Source: a virus. Taken from it: a DNA stretch of 64,000 bases. Of this stretch, positions 56,786-64,000 are shown piece by piece (positions within the stretch are counted from its first letter, which is position 1; each line of letters starts with the position of its first letter). The DNA is taken from the IMG/VR virus record IMGVR_UViG_3300025312_000002, positions 1 through 64,000 of that record, one strand, 5' to 3'. Below the pieces are notes generated by a model that was given only the letters and a program-made list of their open reading frames with translations, did no database searches and was not told the origin of the DNA. The translations under genes were made by a program, and so were the position numbers.

Positions 56786-58908
56786 CAATTGCTAAGACTC
56801 TTTGGAGTCCCACTGAAGGTATAAGAAAACCTGTGCTTAAGAAAAGAACTAAAGAACAGCGGGTTTTGAAAGGTAAGTCTATTGAAGATGTTTTTCATGA
56901 TCAACGAGTAGCTGAAGAGGTCTTGGAATCAAAGGTGAAGCACACGGAAGCTCTTGAAAAAGAAAATGCAGTAGATGACCTGCCTATTGATGATATTCCT
57001 TCTCTTGACGTTCTTGATTCAGTTGTTGCTGACGGGATTGATATTGATACTCTTCCTCCTTATGAGATATATGAACCTGAGAATTATAAAGATGGGCCTG
57101 AAGGATTTATTCGCTGGGTTGAAGATAATGTATCTATTCCTATTTATCCTGAAGGAAATGACATTGCTGTTTGGACTCCTGTGAAAGATTTGCCTAAAGA
57201 GCTTAGTACTGAGACAGGCAGAAGCTATTGGGGCTTTTGGAACTCACAAAAACCTGTTTTCCGTCAAGCTTTGCGAATGATTGATAGCAGGTTTATTTAT
57301 AAGTTGATTATCTTATGCTGGCCTCGTGGGGACGGGAAGTCCCTCATTGCTTGTTTAATTCAACTCTGGAAGTTTTGTAACTGGCCTAGACAGCAGATTG
57401 TTTTGGGTGCTAATTCTAAGGAACAAACTAAATTTGTCCATTACGATATAATCAAAGATATTATTCTCAACAGTCCTCCTCTTTTGAGAGTTATTGGGAA
57501 ACGAAATATCTTAGAAAAAGAAATTCGTCTTAAAGACAGCAAAGGAAATGTATCTTCTGTTATTCGGGCAATATCTTCCTTTTCGGGTATTGTTTCTAAT
57601 ATAACAGGATACACCTTCTCGGAAATGTTTGATATGAAGAACCCAAAGTTCTTTGTACAGCTTGACGGGTCAATGAGAAACGTCCCAAACTCGTTAGGTG
57701 TAATTGATTCTACAGTATCAACTAAAACTCATATCCTTTATTCTCTGTTTACCTCTTTTGTTAAGAAGCAGAGCAAGACATTGTATTTTAGTTATCGGTA
57801 CAGTCGGGAAGCAAATTATCAAGACTATTGGTCACCCAATATGACCCAGAAGCAGCTTGATGATTATAAGATAAAGTTTCCTTTAGGTGATTTTGAAAGG
57901 TACTTTAAGAACACCTGGGGTAGTGTTGCTGATAAAATATTTTCTGAAGAGATAATTGAATCTATGGCTTATGCTGGGTATAATAATCGAGTCGGGAATT
58001 TTGAAGAAATCAATAAAGCTGTTACTACTCGATCAAAAACGAGAGAGCAGATGGAAATGCTTATTATGGAATCGCAAGGTGCTTTTGCAGGAGAAGATTA
58101 TTTACTTTCCAATAGAAAAGTAATTGAGGAAACAACCCAAGGACTTATTCCAATTGAAAAGTATTATAAATTAACAGACGGGTTCTCTCCTAGCTTTGCT
58201 TCTGTTTCTGATCTTCAAGTAATGAGCGATCTATTTGATACGAACTGGGCTATATTATGTGGATTTGATAGAGCTGATCCTATGAAGGGAAGTAAACACG
58301 GGGCAAGAACAATGTTTACTTGTGTTGCTAAAGGGCTTCCGGGAAGCAGAACTCATTATAGACCTTATGATGAACAGGGAGTGACACCAAATTATATATA
58401 TTTGTTGATTCATTTGGTTAATGTGGAAACTCATTCTTCTGAAGATTTAAAAGCAGTGATTGAAACTTGCCATAAGGAGTATGATGGGATTGATTCAATG
58501 TGTTCTGAAAGATGGGCTTCTTGGGACATTGATCCTTGGTGTAAGGAAGAGGATATTCCCCTTGAGATTATTTTTCCTGTTTATGATAAACAGAAATCAG
58601 CTTTTTCGGATTTATTCCTTGCTGTGTCAAAAGGAAGATTCAAAGCACCTACAGTTTATATTTCTGGAAGCAAAGAAGAAGACATCCTGCGGGAAGAAAT
58701 GACTATTTTTTACCATGATCCTGATAAACGATGGTTTGGAAGTCCTGAGAAGAATGAAAAATATGGTGTGCAGGATGATACAATGTTTGCTCTTGCTTGG
58801 ACTGTGTATGGAGGGAGAAATCTCTTTGTTGATAATTTTAGAGTACGAAAAGGGAATGTTTGGTTTGGAAGTATGATAGAGAACAAACAATTACTAGGTA
58901 AATGGTAA
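56782..58908 (+). CDS. terL: Terminase large subunit
   Basis: PRGDGKS Walker A, AN..EQ, F.RYF.N.W, C-terminal nuclease G.D...DD..FA. Confidence 0.85.
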   Translation: MTIAKTLWSPTEGIRKPVLKKRTKEQRVLKGKSIEDVFHDQRVAEEVLESKVKHTEALEKENAVDDLPIDDIPSLDVLDSVVADGIDIDTLPPYEIYEPENYKDGPEGFIRWVEDNVSIPIYPEGNDIAVWTPVKDLPKELSTETGRSYWGFWNSQKPVFRQALRMIDSRFIYKLIILCWPRGDGKSLIACLIQLWKFCNWPRQQIVLGANSKEQTKFVHYDIIKDIILNSPPLLRVIGKRNILEKEIRLKDSKGNVSSVIRAISSFSGIVSNITGYTFSEMFDMKNPKFFVQLDGSMRNVPNSLGVIDSTVSTKTHILYSLFTSFVKKQSKTLYFSYRYSREANYQDYWSPNMTQKQLDDYKIKFPLGDFERYFKNTWGSVADKIFSEEIIESMAYAGYNNRVGNFEEINKAVTTRSKTREQMEMLIMESQGAFAGEDYLLSNRKVIEETTQGLIPIEKYYKLTDGFSPSFASVSDLQVMSDLFDTNWAILCGFDRADPMKGSKHGARTMFTCVAKGLPGSRTHYRPYDEQGVTPNYIYLLIHLVNVETHSSEDLKAVIETCHKEYDGIDSMCSERWASWDIDPWCKEEDIPLEIIFPVYDKQKSAFSDLFLAVSKGRFKAPTVYISGSKEEDILREEMTIFYHDPDKRWFGSPEKNEKYGVQDDTMFALAWTVYGGRNLFVDNFRVRKGNVWFGSMIENKQLLGKW

Positions 58909-59080
58909 AAGGAGGCACAAGATGGGTTTTCTAATCAAATTGTTAGGTTTTTTCTTAATTTACAATTGGCAGTATAAGAAACGCGGGCCTGTTAAAAGAA
59001 AGAAAATTCCTTTTATTTTAAGGTAAAAAGGCTTAGAAAATAGGTAAAACTAAGATTTTTTAAGAAAAAGCAATCTTTTC

Positions 59081-59109
59081 TTGACTTTGGCAGCAAACCC
59101 TACTATTGT
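59081..59109 (+). promoter_or_regulatory. Promoter upstream of portal
   Basis: TTGACT-N17-TATTGT. Confidence 0.5.
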
Positions 59110-59138
59110 TTTCTCACTAGACTTTGAGAGGAAACAAT

Positions 59139-60764
59139 ATGGTTAAACAAAAAGTAAATTCTTCTTTACAAGCTCTCAATAAGCTTTCTGATGATGATCT
59201 AGCTCTACTTTCTTTTTCTTTGCCTTTACAGTATGGTTCAGGTGTAGAAGTGGATAGTTCTAAAGATGCAGATGGTTTTTCTATCTCCGGAAAAGATAAG
59301 TACATAAAATACACAAGAGAACAATTACAAGAAGAGTGTTGGAACAAATTCAATACTTCTCCTCATTTAAATACGGCTGTTCGTGGAGAAGTGGGAAGAC
59401 ATGCAGGATTCGGATTTGAAATCACTTCTGAGTTACGAGAGATTCAAGATGTTATTGATGAAGAATACTATGATCAGAGAAATAGGCTTTATAATTTTCT
59501 TCCTAAGTATGTTGGAAGAGCAATCATTGAAGGGGAGCTTTTTCTTAATCTGACCGTCCATGATGATTCATTTATTGAAATAGATTTTGTTGATCCCGGT
59601 GTTATTTCGGGGGGAACAGGATGTAAGGACGGTATTCTTTATCATCCTTCAAAAACATTAATGCCTGTTATTTATAATGTAAATGGACAGGATGTTAATG
59701 GTTTGGCAGTTAATGAACAAATTCCCTCTATAAATGTTGCTCGGTATCCTAATATTCTTAGTGAAATAAAAGGAGCTGTAGGAGCAGGAGCAATAAGTGA
59801 AGAATTATTACAGAACAGCAAGACCCCAAAAACAAAGTTTAAAGGAATAGGCGGATTTAAAAGGTTTATTGTTTCTTGGGATCGTTCTTTTATTTCTGAT
59901 CGAAACATTCCTTATTTAAGAACAGTCATTGAATGGTTGAATTTTTATGAGCAATTAAAGAAGTATGAGATTGATCATAAGAAGTCTTCTGGTTCTTATT
60001 TATGGATTGTAACAATTGAAGACCCAAAAGCATTTAGAACTTGGTTGGGCATGACAGATGAGGATAGACGGAAGACGGGGATTATGGCGAAGAAGTCTCC
60101 TGGCTCTACTATTATTCTTCCTCCTGGAATGAAAATGGTAGCTTCTAATCCTAATCTGCCAAAGATTTCTGATTCAGACACAGACATACTTCATATGATA
60201 ACTTCAGGATTAAATGAACCTGAAGATATTGCTACCGGGCAATCAAAAGGCACATTTGCTTCTGTTAAAGCAAGCAGAGGGCCAATGTCTGATCGTACTG
60301 CTGATGAATTATCTTATTTTGAACGATATTTGAAGCATGATTTATTTAGTGCTATTTTCTTTTTGAAGTCAGCAGTTGGAAGTTTTCCTTCTGAGTTTAA
60401 GAGGAGAGAAGCAATTGACTTTAAGAAAGGAGGGGAACCGGTATTTGAGAATGTAAAGAAAAAGCCTGAATTTTTGATTGAGATTCAATTTCCTGCTTCT
60501 GAAATTAATGATTCGGCTGATAAAGCTTCTGCATTGCTCGGAGTTAAGCACGGTTCTCTTTATGATACGCTAGGAATACCTAATCAAAGGATTGCTAAGA
60601 AACTTGGGTTTGGCAATTATAAGAAAATGAGGTTAGAACAACAGACAGAAGAAGAAATCTACCCTGAACTTGCTCCTCCTGTGGATGCAGGTAATCAGCA
60701 ATTAGAACCAAATGCAATAAAACCCACATTGAAGAAAAAAGCAAAAGGAGGAGCAAATGAGTAA
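59139..60764 (+). CDS. Portal protein
   Basis: Between TerL and protease; ~540 aa; GE.FL, LPPG, I.SG...P motifs. Confidence 0.75.
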   Translation: MVKQKVNSSLQALNKLSDDDLALLSFSLPLQYGSGVEVDSSKDADGFSISGKDKYIKYTREQLQEECWNKFNTSPHLNTAVRGEVGRHAGFGFEITSELREIQDVIDEEYYDQRNRLYNFLPKYVGRAIIEGELFLNLTVHDDSFIEIDFVDPGVISGGTGCKDGILYHPSKTLMPVIYNVNGQDVNGLAVNEQIPSINVARYPNILSEIKGAVGAGAISEELLQNSKTPKTKFKGIGGFKRFIVSWDRSFISDRNIPYLRTVIEWLNFYEQLKKYEIDHKKSSGSYLWIVTIEDPKAFRTWLGMTDEDRRKTGIMAKKSPGSTIILPPGMKMVASNPNLPKISDSDTDILHMITSGLNEPEDIATGQSKGTFASVKASRGPMSDRTADELSYFERYLKHDLFSAIFFLKSAVGSFPSEFKRREAIDFKKGGEPVFENVKKKPEFLIEIQFPASEINDSADKASALLGVKHGSLYDTLGIPNQRIAKKLGFGNYKKMRLEQQTEEEIYPELAPPVDAGNQQLEPNAIKPTLKKKAKGGANE

Positions 60765-61089
60765 GATAAGACCTAGTTTTGTTGCTGATGGACATGGGGA
60801 AGCAATTCAAGGAGTGTTAAAACCCACAGTTGCACAGAAAATGACACTTAGCGGTCTTCCAAACGCAAGAACATCAGTTGACTTAACAACAATGATTGTG
60901 GAGGTAACACCTACAGTAGCTTGCAATTTTGATATAGGAGATGCTTCCATTGTTGCAAAGAGCGGGGAAGGTTTTTACCTAGCTGCAAATGTTCCTCAAT
61001 TATTTAATGTTGGGGAACATACTAGAATCGGAGCACAGGCTTCTGTTTCTGGAGAAATAGGAACTTTGTTTATTACTGAATTGTCTTAA
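60757..61089 (+). CDS. Small beta-rich virion protein (hypothetical)
   Basis: GGAGG RBS; head gene cluster. Confidence 0.55.
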   Translation: MSKIRPSFVADGHGEAIQGVLKPTVAQKMTLSGLPNARTSVDLTTMIVEVTPTVACNFDIGDASIVAKSGEGFYLAANVPQLFNVGEHTRIGAQASVSGEIGTLFITELS

Positions 61090-61154
61090 AATAAAATTTT
61101 ATTTGACAGTGGTTTTAAATAAGTGTAATAGAATAATCAACGGGGGTAGAGAGC

Positions 61155-62297
61155 ATGAACAAAGACAAAAAGGGAAAACAAACTGTTCCTGTTTCCGCTT
61201 TTAGTTTTACGGATTCAGACGCCTTTGCTAAGGTAGATGCTGAAGGGAATGTTGACATTCTTGCTTATTCGGGAAAGCCCTTTCAGCATTGGTACTGGGG
61301 AAATTTTGCAATTGATGTAAGTGGAGCTCTGTTTGCACAAAAATTTTATCCTGTTTTAGAGCAACACAGTGTAATGGCAAAGGTTGGTTTTTCAACGAAG
61401 CCTTTGATCGACAATGGTCAACTTTCTATTAAGAGTATGTCTTTTTTAAACACTCCTGAATCTTTAGCTTTTCAAGAAAATAGTAAAGCGGGCTTTCCTT
61501 ACCAGGCAAGTATTCAGGGAAGACCTACAATTCTGGAGGATATTGCAGAAGGGGAAAGTGTTGAGGTAAATGGGCATACTTTAAAGGGGCCGGGTACTGT
61601 TTGGCGTAAATGGTCTTATATGGAAACTTCAGTTTGTGTGTTCGGAGCTGATCCTAATACAAAATCGAAAGCTCTTTCTGATGAACAGGAAGAGATTGAA
61701 GTTGATTTTCTGAAAAAAGAAGACCTCTTTGATTCAGAAGAGGAAGAAGTGGAGAATAATAAATCAAAGGAGGTGACTAGAGTGGACTTAAAAGAGTTGA
61801 AGGAAAAAGATTTAGCTGCTTACTCTGCATTGATGCAGGAAGCAAGAGATTCTGTTAAGCTGGAAGTTAAGACGGAGATTGAAACTCCTCTTACTGCTAA
61901 ATTGACGGAATTGAGCACAGTGGTTTCTCAGCAGTCCGAGAAGATTCTTTCTTTTGAAAAGACTGAATTGATTCGGAAAGAGGGGGAGAGGAAAGCAAAG
62001 GCTGATTCTATTTGGGCTAGCAAACTTGCTTCTTCTGATATTCCTGAACATCTTTTTGCTAAGGTACAGGCACATGTATCTTATGTGAAATTTGTTTCAG
62101 AGGCGGGTTTTGATGAAACTGCGTTTGCTGCTGCTATTGATGCAGAGATTGCAGATTGGACGAAGGGCGGAGTGAGCAAATCTATCATTGGGATGGGCTT
62201 TACTCAAAAAGAAGTAGAGGGACAAACTGCTCAGTTCGTAGCTGATAATGTTTGGATAAAGGACATGGCTAAGTTAGCTGGTCAGACAATTCAATAA
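61155..62297 (+). CDS. Prohead protease with C-terminal scaffold
   Basis: AY.G, H, G.PYQAS, ETS...FGAD..T; internal AGGAGG-GTG start near 61782 suggests nested scaffold. Confidence 0.8.
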   Translation: MNKDKKGKQTVPVSAFSFTDSDAFAKVDAEGNVDILAYSGKPFQHWYWGNFAIDVSGALFAQKFYPVLEQHSVMAKVGFSTKPLIDNGQLSIKSMSFLNTPESLAFQENSKAGFPYQASIQGRPTILEDIAEGESVEVNGHTLKGPGTVWRKWSYMETSVCVFGADPNTKSKALSDEQEEIEVDFLKKEDLFDSEEEEVENNKSKEVTRVDLKELKEKDLAAYSALMQEARDSVKLEVKTEIETPLTAKLTELSTVVSQQSEKILSFEKTELIRKEGERKAKADSIWASKLASSDIPEHLFAKVQAHVSYVKFVSEAGFDETAFAAAIDAEIADWTKGGVSKSIIGMGFTQKEVEGQTAQFVADNVWIKDMAKLAGQTIQ

Positions 62298-62320
62298 TAT
62301 AAAAAGGAGGTGAGCTTTAG

Positions 62321-63019
62321 ATGACGATACATGGAGAAACTCCTTATCAGGTTCAGGGTGCAGAAGGCTCTTACAAGAGACTTTTTTATTCTAATCCCGA
62401 AAACGCTTTGATAAGAGAAGTAACTATTGCAGCGGGATATGGTATATTAAGGGCAGGTACTCCTCTTGCAAAGAATGTGAGTGCTGCCGGTAATGTTGGG
62501 AAGTATGTTCCTTATGCTCCTTCTGTTCCTGATTCTTCTAGTGAGATTCAGAAAGCAAATGCTTTCATTGTTTCTGATGGAACTGCTGCTTTGTTTTGTT
62601 ATGTAACGATGGAGGATAGCTACAAATTTGTTGTTGGGGATGATCTGATTGCATATGATACTGATTCAGCAACGTCAAGTGCAGTAAACATGGGTGCAAT
62701 TACTGCAATCGACCGGACAACGCATGTTCATATGGCAAAGATCACTGCAACAGCAAATATTACGACGGGCATCACTGTTGCTTTGAGCGGTGCTGTTCAT
62801 GTTGAAATGGGTGCTGACAATACGAATGGTTGGAGTGACTGTGCAGGCATTTTAATGAGTTCAGTTGATACTGGAACAGGTGTAAATGCTAAAGGGGCGT
62901 TAGCTCCAATGCTGTTGTCCAATGCTATTTTGTATGAGGGAAGTTGTGAAGGACTTGATGCTGCTGCTAAGACGGATATTTCTGCTACTAGCAACGGTAA
63001 TTTGCTTGTAATTAAATAA
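62321..63019 (+). CDS. Head decoration protein (gpD-like) with inserted domain
   Basis: TI.AG.G.L.AGT.L...GK..PY and GIL...VD motifs; between protease and MCP. Confidence 0.7.
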   Translation: MTIHGETPYQVQGAEGSYKRLFYSNPENALIREVTIAAGYGILRAGTPLAKNVSAAGNVGKYVPYAPSVPDSSSEIQKANAFIVSDGTAALFCYVTMEDSYKFVVGDDLIAYDTDSATSSAVNMGAITAIDRTTHVHMAKITATANITTGITVALSGAVHVEMGADNTNGWSDCAGILMSSVDTGTGVNAKGALAPMLLSNAILYEGSCEGLDAAAKTDISATSNGNLLVIK

Positions 63020-63037
63020 AAAGGAGGTGAATTCTAC

Positions 63038-64000
63038 ATGCCGACAGGTAAAAGTGATATTCCTGATCTAAGACTTGAGCGACTTCAGGGACTAATAACC
63101 GCGTTCACGACTTCTCCCAATTTGGTTTTGATGAATATGTTTTCTGAAGAAGATGCAGATTCAGATACAATTAAGTGGGAAAGTCAGGTAGGGAATAGAG
63201 GGATGACACCATTTGCTGCTCCTGGTGCTCCTTCTCAAACTGTTGCTCCTATAGGGGTGAAACAGGAATCAGCTATGACAGCTTACTGGAAAGAGAAGAT
63301 GTACTTTGATGAAGTGTTCCTGAATAACCTTCGCAAAGAGGGAACTGTTGATCAGTATTTTTCTTCTCAGGCTCGTCTTGCAAGAGAGACTTTGATGTTG
63401 CGGAATCGTTGTGATCGTCGTAAAGAGTGGATGTTTGCTCAAATGCTTTCAGGCGGAACAATGACTTATTCCGCTCCCGGCGGAGTAAAAATCTCCCTTG
63501 ATTATAGTGTTCCTTCTGCAAATCTTGTGACTCTTGCTGCTGCATATCAGTGGGATACGGGTTCGTCTGTGAATGTTCTTCAGGACATCATGGATGCTCA
63601 GTTAGTTCTTCAGAATTCGATAGGGGCAAAGATTGATTATGCTTTGTGTACGACTGAAGTTCTACAGATGTTGATTATGGATAAGGGAATTCAGACCTTG
63701 CTCTCAAAATCTACTTTCGGTCAGGGGGATTTGTTTACCCGTCCGGTGGCAGTTCTTGGTTCTTTGCTGAATATTCCTAATCTAATGATCTATGATGAGC
63801 AGTATGTAATTTCTGCGTGGTTGACTGCAAAAGTTACAGGAGCTTCTACCACGTCTGTAAGTGTAGATGATGCTACGGACTTTGTTGTAGGGGAAACTTT
63901 GAGATTTCATGACATTTCAGCAGGCACATATGAAGATGAAACGATTGCTTCTATAGATGTTGAGGCTGGAACGGTTACTGTGTCGTCTGCTCCTACAGCG
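63038..64000 (+). CDS. Major capsid protein (lambda gpE-like), truncated by window end
   Basis: Open frame MPTGKSDIP... after AAGGAGG; MTPF, RRKEWM.AQ.L..G, DY..P, W motifs. Confidence 0.85.
   Translation, partial: MPTGKSDIPDLRLERLQGLITAFTTSPNLVLMNMFSEEDADSDTIKWESQVGNRGMTPFAAPGAPSQTVAPIGVKQESAMTAYWKEKMYFDEVFLNNLRKEGTVDQYFSSQARLARETLMLRNRCDRRKEWMFAQMLSGGTMTYSAPGGVKISLDYSVPSANLVTLAAAYQWDTGSSVNVLQDIMDAQLVLQNSIGAKIDYALCTTEVLQMLIMDKGIQTLLSKSTFGQGDLFTRPVAVLGSLLNIPNLMIYDEQYVISAWLTAKVTGASTTSVSVDDATDFVVGETLRFHDISAGTYEDETIASIDVEAGTVTVSSAPTA

Noticed and set aside
1-64000. Stop-codon reassignment
   Set aside because: Long conserved genes are intact in the standard code and end in TAA, TAG and TGA
1-64000. 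Integrase/repressor lysogeny module
   Set aside because: No tyrosine or serine recombinase or CI-like gene seen; the part of the genome outside the window cannot be assessed

Overview
The window is most of the genome of a tailed dsDNA phage with a lambda-like siphovirus tail tip; no integrase or CI-type repressor is visible. The + strand starts in the tail-tip and fibre genes, followed by a lysis module (1-12.2 kb). A long leftward arm (12.4-53.4 kb) carries a near-autonomous replication and recombination set: split SbcC plus SbcD, RecA, gp32-like SSB, ThyX, clamp loader, UDG-PolA fusion, beta clamp, ligase, DnaB-like helicase, primase and an SF2 helicase. The same arm holds a 7-deazaguanine DNA-modification cluster (FolE, QueD, QueE, DpdA, a DpdL-like QueD paralogue, a glycosyltransferase and a radical SAM enzyme, but no QueC) and many small early genes. 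A ~2.7 kb mostly non-coding control/packaging region follows, then terminase, portal, protease, decoration protein and a major capsid gene cut by the window end. Main observations: (1) an array of integron attC sites at 12.5-14.5 kb whose R boxes pair cassette by cassette and whose ORFs all run antisense to attC polarity; (2) about nine covarying hairpin-plus-RBS elements separating early genes at 47.9-53.5 kb; (3) a recurrent [KR]PxL[KR][KR][KR]-like motif in about 11 unrelated proteins; (4) a deazaguanine pathway with extra tailoring enzymes. All protein calls come from motif recognition by eye; no searches were run.
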